DNA of 64,000 nucleotides. It comes from Epithemia pelagica. Taxonomy: Eukaryota; Protista; Bacillariophyta. Numbering within the stretch: the stretch's first letter is position 1; the number at the start of each line of letters is the position of its first letter. The DNA is taken from positions 1,178,001 to 1,242,000 of the forward strand of contig OX337228.1 in assembly GCA_946965045.2 (NCBI GenBank). Direction: 5' to 3'. The notes beneath the pieces are model-generated. The model saw only the letters and a list, made by a program, of their open reading frames with translations, was not told where the DNA came from and did no database searches. Shown in pieces: positions 11,542-22,962 of the stretch. The position numbers were made by a program, and so were the translations under genes.

Positions 11542-14320
11542 ATGGAACCGGAAGATTCATCACCGCAAAAGCCCCGATTGACGTCGGCCATTGAGACGCC
11601 CTTGGAGGCAAAGCATGATAAGGACGAAGCGACGAAGAAGAATGAGCTACCCTCCATGCATGACGACGTGGCCATCGAGGCCGCGCCTTCCCACACACAA
11701 GTTTTATCGACTGGCGAACTGGATCGGGGAACAAAGAGAAAATGTTCGGACCCGAGGAATCACACGCCCTCTCGATCGTCTCATCGAGGCCGGAAACCAC
11801 GCACGGACATGGGGTTCTTCTTGTATGAGTCGCCTTCAAAGTCATTTCCCCAAACGACGAGATTCGATGGAAAGTCACGAAATGTCGTTTCCACAGTGTT
11901 GAAAGATGAGATCTGCAACCTGAAATCTGAGGCCAGTGTTTCGGCCGAAAATGAAACTCTTCCGAGTATCACCGAGACTCCGATAGACGACAAATCACCA
12001 CGAGATGAAATCGAGTCAAAATCAAAGAAACAGGATACTGAGTCCGCCCCACCAACGGCGTTGTCGGCTGCGAACTCGCTGAACGGAGGTAAGAGAAAAC
12101 GATCTGGAAGACAAAGATCCACACCAGCAACAAACATAATCAAAACAACTGCTGACTCGTCCACATCAACCAAACGGCGACGAGCCGTGGATGGTGGTAA
12201 GGATTTCTCAACATCCTGGATCTGTTGTGAATGTGGTGAGGCTGAATGTAGCATGTTGAGTGCCCATCAGAAAGCCGATACAAACGACGATGACTTGATC
12301 ATTTGCGAGGGAACATGTTGTCGACTGTTTCACTATCCTTGTGCTGGCTTGTCAAGAATGCCTTTACCACACGAGACGTATGTCTGTCATGATTGCCAGG
12401 TCGGACAACATGCTTGTGCCTTTTGCCACACCTATGGTGTTGATCATGTCGACGTGTTTCCCTGTAGTCAGGTTAATCAATGTGGATTGTTTTATCACGA
12501 GTCCTGCCTCGTGTTGAATGACATTTCCTTTCAACTTGTACCAATGGGCAGTGACGATCCCCGAAACCAAGACAGTGCTGCGTGTGGGGAGGAACCACTT
12601 CTTCGTCGTGAGTTCACATGTCCAGCTCATTCATGTTGGACGTGCAGTTTCGTTGCAGAAGATGAAGTTAGCCAGAGTAAGAAGGTGAAGAAGAAAAAAG
12701 GACGCCCCGCTAGTACAGTCAATAAGAACTCCAGGGGATTGATGGTACGTGATACTCAGAATGATCTCATTGTTGATGACAAAGCCTTCTCACGCGTGCA
12801 TCTTGTGTTGAATTTGGCTGTGTACCAATGAAACCCCACAATAGCGATGTCTTAAATGTCCTCGAGCATTTCACGTCAGATGCATTCCACCAGCAGCACG
12901 ATTCCACGAGTTGGCTCTTTTGTGCCATGAACACGCGCTTACCCACAAACTGCCTGAGCTAGATTCCAAACACTCTCTACAATCTCGGTTGGAAGAAGCC
13001 ATCTGCAAAAAGTTTGAGAGTACTGATAAAAGGAATGTCTTGTATCAAAGAGCTACCGTCAATGGCGAAAAGAATAATAATTTCTTCGGAGGGTTGTCAG
13101 GAAATGTTATGACGAAAGCAGAAAAACTTCTTCTGCAAGACTTGTCTTGTCTCACTAATAAGGAAAATGAAAATGACGATAGCGACGACGATGGACTTGA
13201 AACATTAGAAGCTCTCGGAATCCTCCCTTTTTGTCTCCCATGTGGAATCAAGGACGATATATACTCCAAGCCACCACCTTACAAGCATGTTCAATCACTG
13301 CAATACAACAATGGTGGTCGCCCTCAAAGAATCTTACCAATGCAGGGAGAAAGATGCCAATGCGTCGGTCGATGTGGCGATGATTGTATCAATAAAGTTT
13401 TGTATGTCGAATGCTTCGGTGATGCCGGTTCTCCTCATTCAAATTGTAACGTGGGCAAGGAATGTGGCAATCGTCGTCTTGGTCGTCGGCAATTTGTGAA
13501 ATGCAAGCCACAACGTGAACAAGGTCGCGGATGGGGCTTGGTGCCTTGTACCGACGTCAAAGCTGGTGATTTGGTGACTGAGTATGTCGGTGAAGTGATT
13601 GATGCCTCCACGAAAGAGGAGCGTTTGGCCAATTGGGCTAAGGACCACCCAAACGACTCAAACTTCTATGTTATGAGTCTTTCAAATCAATGGTACATTG
13701 ATGCCCGTGAAGTAGCCAATCTTAGTCGGTTTATCAACCACTCATGCCAACCAAATTGTCGTTTGACCCAAGTGAACGTTGACGGATACTTGAGGAATGG
13801 CATTTTTGCTCTGGTCGATATCCCAGCTGGTGAATTTCTGAGTTACGATTACCGGTTCGATACCAGACAAGACGAAGACAAATTTATCTGCCGCTGTGGA
13901 GCACCAAACTGCCGCGGGACCATGAAATCTAGTTTGGTTCCTAAAGCCCTGATGTCTTCGTCGTCGTCCACACTGCATCCACGCAGCGAGGCTGAGAAGA
14001 AGGCGTGGGAACAGGCTAAGAAGGATTTGCTGAAAGACGAGGCATTTGTCCATGACTTTTATGCAAAACGAGAAGAACGCCGTTCACAAGTACAGGCGAT
14101 GGTACCTGCTGCAAGCAACAGCAGCGAATACGTTTCTAACGGCGTTCAGGCTCGTAGTCGTACAATCCACACGCCTCGGTTATTCTTGTGGCGCAATGCT
14201 GTTGTTGGCTCAGACTTCGAAACTCGTCTGGGTAAATTGAACCAACAAACTACCTACAGTACTCCGAACACAACAAAGACAAGTTCCCAACTTCCTTTGC
14301 TGCACGTAAGGAGAAACTGA
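11542..14320 (+). CDS. NSD/ASH1-type histone lysine methyltransferase (tandem PHD fingers, AWS, SET, post-SET; likely H3K36), ~892 aa
   Basis: Exons 11542-12744 and 12845-14320; the intron gtacgt...atag splits PHD3 and restores RCLKCPRAFHVRCIP. AWS CQCVGRCGDDCINK, SET GRGWGL...EYVGEVI...SRFINHSCQPNC...LSYDY, post-SET CRCGAPNCRG. Confidence 0.92.
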
Positions 14321-14744
14321 ATCCATCTTTAATGTTGTTTTTTAGGAATCAACATTTGGCACTGAGGATGCTGAGTCGGCTAGAATAATACAGCTGAGCA
14401 CCATGCACATTCGTCTCTCTTGTCTTGGTACTGCGCGAGGGCGGCAGCAGCAACAGTTCGGTACGAGGAACAACAGGGCTTCCAGAAGAATCGTTGACAA
14501 ATAAGTTCACTTACTTCCGTGAGCTAAATATTGGTCCTCATCCTTTTGTTGACTACACCTTAGACACAAATGGAATTTTTTCGGCCTTGCAACAAATCTT
14601 GGAAGCAGGGGCTGAAGCTATGACACAAGATAGAGATATCATCCTGGTCCACTAGCGTGTTGTACTTCTAGAAAGAAATTATAGTGATGCCCAGGACCAG
14701 GACGGGATTCCGATCTCGCCGCTCTCTTTAATCCCTGCTCCTCT

Positions 14745-14951
14745 AGCACGCCATGGACGCACACTAGGGTTACTTACTAGGTAGTAGGAGTAGTACTAGC
14801 TAGGAGTATGAGGAGAAGTACTATTGAAGCCGAAAATGTAGTGTAGACTTACTCCTCTAGCTATCTCTACTGCTACTAGGAGTACCTACTCTAGCTAGCT
14901 CTAGGGACCGCCAACCTCTTGGAGTGGCTCTAGCTAGAGGATTAGTACTAG
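14745..14951. repeat. CTAG/TAGTAC-rich low-complexity patch with short palindromes
   Basis: About 13 CTAG tetramers counted by eye in ~210 nt; palindrome ctctagctagag at ~14928; imperfect inverted pair tagctaggagta / tactcctctagcta. Confidence 0.65.
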
Positions 14952-15105
14952 TGAGTTGTGAGCCTCCCGAAGATGCGCTTGTAACGTGTAGAGTTCATGA
15001 GAGACCCAACTACGGCATGTCTTCGATTCTCTCGATTATTTTATTCATAGAACAGTGAAGTCGTTGTTCTGTCTCCAATGCCTATGTTCCTGATTACTGA
15101 TCAAG

Positions 15106-16713
15106 ATGGATACAGACTCGCCAGATAACAAGAGAGAAGACAAGCTCGATGATGACACCACGAATCGTCGAGAGAATCTACGGGCCAAGCTGCGTCAATC
15201 AGAAGCAAGACTTTTGAAATTTACTCGAAGTGAAGATGCCACCGGAGGAATAATCGGTCATATGGCCGCTGTCACAGCGGATCTTAAGAAAATTGAAGAG
15301 GAAAGGAGTATGTTGGAAGTCGAGTTAGGCCAACTTCAAAATAAAACTGATGACCAAAATGACGAATTCTTGAAAAAACAGATGGCTGGAATCCAGGAAG
15401 GGTTTAAAAAACAAGTTGAAATGATAACTGGGCTTCAAGAAGAACTGGCAATCAAAGAGGATGAAATCGCGCAGCTGCGTGAAGATCTCGTCAAAAAGCT
15501 TCGTCGGATTGTCGAACTCGAATTTGATTTAGAAACACACTCGGTCCACTACACAAATTACGCGAAGGAGCAGTTCAAGCTGAGTGAGGAGGCACTAGCG
15601 GAAATCAACTCCAGCATTTTGCAATCTGCTGACGTCGAAGTCACGGAGGCTGCGTCACCATCTACTCTCGATGGCGATGTATCTTTTCGAAGTGTGGGCA
15701 CTAGACATGGTTCTCAGCGCAAAGCTGAAAAATTGATTACGAAGCTTCTTGGGGACCTGGATGACTTAGAGGCACGATACAAGGTAGATCGATTGGATTC
15801 AGCTTCGGAGATCCACAAATCCCAGATGACGATTGACCAGTTGACTACTCGGATCGAGGTTCTGGAACAGGAACTCGCGTCATCGAGGAAGAGCAGCGAC
15901 GACGCAGAGAACTCAAATGACTTCGACAGGAGTACGGAGCAAAAGCCTCCGCTCCACAGTTCAGATGCGGGGGAGGAGAGCATGACTGTCCAGGTTCTGC
16001 GGAGACGGAATCAGGCGTTGGAAGCGCGCAGAGTCTTGTCACAAAGGGAGATTGAAAGATTGAGTGCTGCACTTTCGGCGCACCATGCTTCTACAAATGA
16101 ACTGACGCTGCAGCACCAAAACACAATCGATGAATTGAAAATGGATAACTCCACCCTACGTGCCCGTCTGAATGAAATGGAGAATTCGTCGACGCGACAA
16201 AATCAACGGGGGGGAGGAGGGATATTGAAAAAGATGACATCGCGCAGCAAGAGCCTCGCTTCGGCATCTGTTGTACCACAGCATCCTTCTGGTGAATTAT
16301 ACGCGTCGATACAAAAAAGACTACAGCAATATGTTGGAAAACTGGCTCTTTTGGAAGCAGAACAGTCTGTGAAGAACCGCCAAATATCCACCCTCAAACA
16401 GGAAGTGGCATCGCTCAGAATGAGAGAAATTGCAGTTGGGAACAATGTAGCTTACAGCGAGGACGATTCGAATTTGTTGAAATCCCAGGTTGGCCGGGGA
16501 CGGATGCGAAGGGACGGCAGCACCGAATGCAGTGACGAAGGTGGAAAATCAGAGGACGATTCTTACATTTGTGAACTTCAAATGCAACTACAAGAGGCGA
16601 ATCATCTTTTGGTAAAAAAAGACCAAGAATTGGTGATCGAACGGGCAAGATCAGCATCCACTGCGGCAGGCCTTCTCGCACGCATTACAGCCCCGAGTTC
16701 CTTGAAAAATTGA
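15106..16713 (+). CDS. Coiled-coil protein of unknown function, 535 aa
   Basis: Single ATG-started ORF with long E/L/K/Q heptad-like runs (e.g. QEELAIKEDEIAQLREDLVKKLRRIVELEFDL). No recognisable catalytic motif. Confidence 0.8.
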   Translation: MDTDSPDNKREDKLDDDTTNRRENLRAKLRQSEARLLKFTRSEDATGGIIGHMAAVTADLKKIEEERSMLEVELGQLQNKTDDQNDEFLKKQMAGIQEGFKKQVEMITGLQEELAIKEDEIAQLREDLVKKLRRIVELEFDLETHSVHYTNYAKEQFKLSEEALAEINSSILQSADVEVTEAASPSTLDGDVSFRSVGTRHGSQRKAEKLITKLLGDLDDLEARYKVDRLDSASEIHKSQMTIDQLTTRIEVLEQELASSRKSSDDAENSNDFDRSTEQKPPLHSSDAGEESMTVQVLRRRNQALEARRVLSQREIERLSAALSAHHASTNELTLQHQNTIDELKMDNSTLRARLNEMENSSTRQNQRGGGGILKKMTSRSKSLASASVVPQHPSGELYASIQKRLQQYVGKLALLEAEQSVKNRQISTLKQEVASLRMREIAVGNNVAYSEDDSNLLKSQVGRGRMRRDGSTECSDEGGKSEDDSYICELQMQLQEANHLLVKKDQELVIERARSASTAAGLLARITAPSSLKN

Positions 16714-18075
16714 TGGGAATGGCCAAAACAGCCATATCTCGTCGCGGCTTGTGTTGGAGGGGAAATCTCGACAATAGTATAGAGTGATGGGTGTGTCTTT
16801 GTTGTTGCCCCGGAAAGATCTTTCCAGCACGCCCGGAAGTTTGCTAATAAAGAAGTCCAGTCACCAGTATTGAACGCCATCTCTGTGTTGTCTTTGTTCA
16901 TTTCGGTTTTCGGTGACAAAGCCCGGTTTTGATGACCCCTCAAGACACACAGCCACAGCAATGAAACCGCGACGTACATTGTCTACAGCGGGATTTCCTA
17001 CATTGATCAGGTTCAGACTGGGAAAGTGCCCCCGATTCGGAATTGAAAAAGCTGAATCTGGTTCTCAAACCTCTCGGCAGCTCCATGAATGAATAATGGC
17101 TTGGAGACTTGACCGCTGTTTCATTTTAAAAAGCCATACCGAAAATAAGACGCGGTGCGATTAATAATAGTGCCTTTGACTCGATGTACTTTTCGTGCCC
17201 CGTACATTAATTGAATTGCAGGGAGCCAAGAGACAACACCAGAGTTGCGTCGAAAAGCGATGAATTTTATTCAGAGTACTGTCTCAAAGCTGTCTCAAAG
17301 GTTTGTTCACGAGACATCGCTTGTTCGTAGTTAATTTTTAACCAGCATGATTTTCTCTAGCAAAATAATGATCTTTCTTTAAGTTCTTCAAATATGATGT
17401 GTGTAATCGATGATGCGAGGGACGGCCGGAAGAAGGCAAAATTACTCAAGAGTCATCCATCCGTAATCGGTAATCGAGCAGCACACACACACACCTACCT
17501 AGCACACACATCTCGCACACACACACCTCGCATAAAAATGGTGCATTATTTTATTACATATACTGCTCCCGCCATTTCTAGTTGTGCAAACTAACTACTT
17601 ATTCTATCAGAGTTGATCGCTTGCACATTTTGTAGAACTTTTATATGTGAGTACTCGATTCAATCCAGTGATAATCAACTATCATCAGCCAGTCACCACC
17701 ACCACACCTGGTACATGCGCAGACCGATCCAACAATCCCAGCCAACTGCCACACCCAGGACCCAGCGCCGGTACGAAAAATTGGCGAAAATCACGAGAAA
17801 GCTGTCAACAAGTTACAGATTACAGCGATGCAAGTCATAGACCTCAGAATAGAATTGGAACTGATGCACAATTAGGCTTAGATCAAATATGCAAATATTT
17901 GCTCTGGCCAGCTCTTGGAATAAAGTAGTCTATAGTTTGATTCGGACTGATTCATCATTTTCCGATATAGATGAGAACATAAAATGCGTCTCACCAAGTA
18001 CGCGGCTACGTCGTGATAAAGGTCTTGTGCCTCGCAACATTTTCACAAGCATACTGAACTACAGGCGAAGAGGCA

Positions 18076-18149
18076 AGATATCGAACATCGAAATACGCCA
18101 GCCATATCCTTGAGATATCGAACATCGAAATACGCCAGCCGTATCCTTG
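18076..18149 (+). repeat. 37-bp tandem duplication (2 copies)
   Basis: agatatcgaacatcgaaatacgccagcc(a/g)tatccttg twice, head-to-tail, one mismatch. Confidence 0.95.
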
Positions 18150-18187
18150 AGTCACTCCTCTATCGGCTTCTCAAAATTGAAATGTTG

Positions 18188-18223
18188 TTTTACTTTTATG
18201 AAACATTTTACTTTTATGAAACA
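18188..18223 (+). repeat. 18-bp tandem duplication (2 copies)
   Basis: ttttacttttatgaaaca x2, exact. Confidence 0.95.
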
Positions 18224-21200
18224 TTCAAGTTTGTCAAAATTTCAAGCATGGAAATTGTTGCCACATCTGGTTCGGTTTGTCACAACTAATCACACGTTCT
18301 TGCACGGTTCACGGTCCTTACAACCTTGGACCAGAAGGAGAATATTAGAGTTCAAATACAAGATGAAAAAACACACTGTGTAACATCATATGCCTACGAG
18401 TGCAGTCGAAAGCTAAGGCCTCGAAAATCAGAATATCCCTTCACTAGACTACCCTGACTTCAAGTGCTTGTGTGTGGTAACTTTCAACGGTGCAGTCGAT
18501 CAACTCTGCTTTCGCTGTTGGCAGATGAACGACTTCAGATATCAACCCTATGCATTGTTTGTTTTGTAGTGTGGCCAAACACAGGGGTAGGGAGCAAGCC
18601 CTCGTAGTTCAAGGCTTACTTCGGTGTTCGGTGTTGTCTACAAGCGCTTCAAAAGCCCGATCTAGAACATTTTTTGGTAGGGAGGGAGCAAGACTGCTTA
18701 TTTCCAGGGTGAATTCTCTGTCACATCCAACCGATCTTCGAAAGGACGATCTATTACAAATGGAATGGACCGTCGTTAGCGACGAGGCGGGGACACCGTT
18801 GGACATCATCGACTGGGCTTCTTTACAAGTCGTCGCCAGATTATTTTCTCACAGAGGTTGTCGCCAAACCCGCCGTACTGGGATGCGATGGACATCAGCC
18901 CGCCGAACTGGGCTGTAATGGACAGGAATAGGGTCTCAGAAAGAAAACGTGACTGTCCACTAGATTCTCCGGTTGCTTAGCTTGGTCGAGTGCCCATAAC
19001 TTACGTGAACAAGCAATGTGGAGCACTCTTACGTGGTCCTGTGACAGACAGCAGGTACGAGTCCAAATAGACAAGCGAGGATCGAACGATTTATGTTGCA
19101 GGAATCACATTCTCCAGAAAGGAGCCGAGAGCTTCCATTGGTTCATGTTCGATAGTAAGGCATCATATAGGCTATCTACGTGTAAAGCATCTCCGTGTAG
19201 TCTATTTTTTGTGACGTGAGAAAAATGATGGTGGTAAGTACAACAGGTATCCCTGAACTAGAGCACCCACTCTCTCTTTAGTGATTGAGGGTGATGCAGC
19301 ACAAACCATGTGTCAGAAGAAGTTGCTTTAGTGGAAGCACCACTTACATAAAAAGGAGCAATGCAGGTTGAAGTTTGTTTCCCTTACCCTCCATGGTGCT
19401 GATCAATTTTGTGTGTAAGACATTTGCATAACTATAGGTACTAGAGGTACGTTTACGTAGTTGCCACGCAGCAAAATTTTCCTTAAAAACGTCCGCATCG
19501 CAAAAATAGAGCTTGCGGCAAAAAATTTGTCGAGGACCCGCGAGACCAACATGTAGAGAAGACTTAGTATGAGGCGACGGCTATATTTTGTTGTTCCATC
19601 CCCAAAAGTCTTGAACTGAGATATTGAAAGAGCTGTGCCTCAGGGATCTCATTCTGCACAAAGGAAGTGATCTCTTCTTCGCAGTATTGCTCCGAGGTTC
19701 CATGGGTGCATATTTGAGGCAACGGTCAATAAATCGGTGAAATGTCCACATCGAATTTTCAATTTTCCACAACCTGGATTCAAGGCGATACCCACCTAAA
19801 ATACCGAATTCTCGACCACTTTGGGATAGTGATTCTCAACAACCCACCACCAAGAGACTACCATCTACTACCGTTGAAGAATTAATGTACAGTGCTTGTA
19901 CAGGCTGAAACTTCAGCAGAGGGTTTCGCCATTTTCAGATATTTTTGCGTGGAGAGTGTGTTGTCATACAATGTGCGGTGTCATTCACGTTACAACAAAA
20001 AGTTATCAGGTGAGTCTACAAGTTTCCAAAACAGTGCCGTACACTGGAATCTGTTGGGAAATCACAATAAGAAACCCAAATTTAGGAGGTACATAATTCT
20101 GTCGTTTGTACAGAATTCAGTAGGGGTGGGGAAAATTGGATTGCTTACGCTTCGGAGTATTAAAATGAAGATTTTCTGGTCTGAAAATGACAAACTGTGG
20201 GTCTGAAAGTTATCCATGAAGTTGACGATTGAGGCCTAACCCTTGCTAGTGGTCTGAACGGCGATTTAGGGGCTCAAATTAGCGAGCCTCTCTGGTTGAT
20301 AGTTGGTGTCTACCCAGTAAGTCACTTTCAATCCTCTTTCTCATCCCGCGAACCTAACCATGCTCCCAAATCTACCGAGTTATAGGCTGTCTTGTACCCC
20401 AAGTGCCCCCATTAGTCTTCCATCTGGTAAACTATCCATGCCTTGTGCGTGTGGGTTTACGACTCTTCGTTTTGTAATACCCTCATGCGTGAATTCGAAC
20501 AAACTCGACGGATTCTTGTGCGGAATACAAAAACTGGCTGTGTGCGTCTGCTGCAAACTATTTGGTTTCGTCTGATTTTGAATATGTAGGAATGCAATGC
20601 CATGGACTGTAGGTGAGGGCCAGTCATGTACAATAGAAACTGACTCAAACTAGATATCGTGATTCAAAGTTGTTAGAGGCTCCATAAACGATTCTTCTTA
20701 TTCTAAGCTTACAATGTTACATAGGACTTGTCCCATTTACCGTGGCTGTTAGCCAATACGGAATTGCAGTAGATATGATGGGCATCCATGCCTAACATGA
20801 TGCTTTCGACATGTTCTCTGGCTTTGACTCGAAATGGATCAGGTCACGCTGGGAGCAAGGTACCACGATACCTCATCAAGCATTCCAATTTCCATGCGAA
20901 TGTAACCTAACCTAGAAAGTTAGTTATTCAATTGTTCAGAAGCAAGGGAACAGAGAACCTTGATGCTCCTTTTTGTCTTTGCCAGCCTATGTCAAGGTTC
21001 CTTGTTTGCGATGGCGGATAAACAGAGGAGATGGATGGAGAGATACCACCTAACAGTATATGGATGAAATTTGTGCACATTCGTACATCAACAAATGAAT
21101 GCTTACTCATTACTGCGATAGCTGTTTCGTTCCCAATCTCCAACGAGTTCATTCAGAAGCACGGTTTCAATGGTTATTGAATATGCTCTTTCGACCGACT

Positions 21201-22606
21201 ACTCCTAGCCTGTATTCTATTTTGATCACTCAACAACAACAAATCGGATGGGACACCGCTTCTCTCGCGAATGGATTGCCGTGCGCAATATGTATGTCGC
21301 CACTCGCGATAGTACATAGATTGGTTTGGAGCCATCACCAAGAGGGCCAAGAGCATCTTCCAGTATTCCACTACCAAAGCGAGGAATTTCCGACAGTCCC
21401 TCGGTCTGATCTCGGGAGCTTCTCCTACCAGCCGCACTTCGCATGCCGGAAACCCGGTTATTTTTTGATCTGCTTTTCGTTCCCTTCCTCTGAATTTACC
21501 GACCAATATCTATCACTGTTAGCGCTCGTGATAAACTTTTCGCACCGCGCTGTTTTGGCAAACAACAGCAACTACTAGAGTAACTACGAGTATCGTAGAA
21601 TCTTACGTAGCTTCTGTACTGCTGACCATGGCCGCCGCGATGGAAGGCTCCGACTCCGACGATCCCGATTCCACCATGGCTACTCACCGTACCAACACTA
21701 CTCAGAACCCCGCTGAGCTCGAACAACCCCGTTTTCTATTTTCTGGACCTCCTCCTCCGCTGTAGAAGTCGCGCTGGCACCTCGAAACCCGCTTGGCCAG
21801 GATGGTGCTATCCAAAAGACTCACCAGAGCGCAATTCAGCAACGAGTCTCTACCGGATAGCACCGACTTCTCCAACGCCTTGACGCCCATCACGCTTCCT
21901 CCACTCAACAGTTTGAATATCTTGCTTCCCTCCTCTGAAGGCAACCACATCACTTGATTTCTGCAGCGAAGAAGGAAGAGTGGTTTCTGGTTAAGTTGGA
22001 TTGTTGTCAGCGGTAATCTTGTTAATACCTTTACCAAGACGTGAAAAAGTCAGGTGTACGAAATCTTTAGTTTCCACATACGGTAGGGTAAATGAATAGA
22101 CCAGATAGAGCCTGTTCCTTGTGAACACGTCGCTTATGAAACACACACTCATTATCAACAATAGGACGAGAGTTTTCTCATTCTGCGCAATGAATGTCAG
22201 TACCTCCGGTATTTGCCTATTTATTCTATGGACTATGCAATGCAAATCTGTCATTGACTGTTGAATTCCGACCAGACATATGTTGGTGCTCCATTGTTCC
22301 TGCCCCATCTTAACAGATTCTGACTTGATTTGAGGATGGAACGTGACATATTTTCATGGTTCTCCTTTTTCATGCTCCTTCGTGGTCAGACACCGAATCG
22401 TGAAAACGACAAGTTCTCGCTGTGATAAATATATATAGTGGTTGTCTCCATTTCCTCTCTCTGAGCCCTACAAGACCGGTCATCGGGATGCCATACCAAA
22501 CAAACCACATGCAACTTGTTGAAAATACCGTCTCGGTTTGTAATCTCAAGTGTGCACGAGGGAGTGAACACTAGAAGGAGAGAGGTACCCACGCCCTAAC
22601 AACAAC

Positions 22607-22655
22607 GCGCAATACTCAAAACGCATCGCCGCGCAACACCTCAAAACGCATCGCC
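22607..22655 (+). repeat. 24/25-bp tandem duplication
   Basis: gcgcaatactcaaaacgcatcgcc followed by gcgcaacacctcaaaacgcatcgcc. Confidence 0.9.
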
Positions 22656-22962
22656 ATTACTACTGCCTCGTCGGGCGTCCAAAAAAGTAGTCTGTTGGGG
22701 TTGCTTCGATGTTGGTCCCGAAAGCGTCCTGCGTTTTTCTTGTCGCGGAAGTGAAAAAAATACAAAATACGTGTCGTTATTTATTTTATATTTTATGAAA
22801 ACTGTAACCCTTTTCCGCCCTAACAAGAAGATCTTCGTCGTGGATGATTGTTGTTTTCCCCATCTAGGAAGTTAAGACGTTAGTTAGTTTAACAAGAAGG
22901 CTAATTTTACCTCCTCAAAGTCCCCCAAGCAGTTTGTACAAGAAAACTGCTTGTGAGTTACG

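Larger units (their letters stand above)
17480..22600. other. Gene-free relic region, probably decayed transposable elements or pseudogenes
   Basis: No convincing long ORF in ~5 kb between dense genes. CpG nearly absent in stretches such as 19200-19440. Several short local tandem duplications. No element family could be identified. Confidence 0.4.

Noticed and set aside
14306-14345. Possible 40-nt terminal intron in the NSD gene (gtaagg...ttttag)
   Set aside because: Much shorter than the other introns here (64-230 nt) and would change only a few residues; needs RNA-seq.
18076-18149. 37-bp repeat of CRISPR-like length
   Set aside because: Only two copies, directly adjacent with no spacer, no cas genes, eukaryotic context.
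19560-22400. Protein-like fragments in several frames (e.g. MAAAMEGSDSDDPDS at ~21628)
   Set aside because: No frame gave a recognisable gag, RT, integrase or transposase motif; kept only as an unassigned relic region.
22927-22952. Hairpin aagcagttt-gtacaaga-aaactgctt as a Helitron 3' end
   Set aside because: AT-rich stem and no CTRR terminus at the expected distance on either strand.
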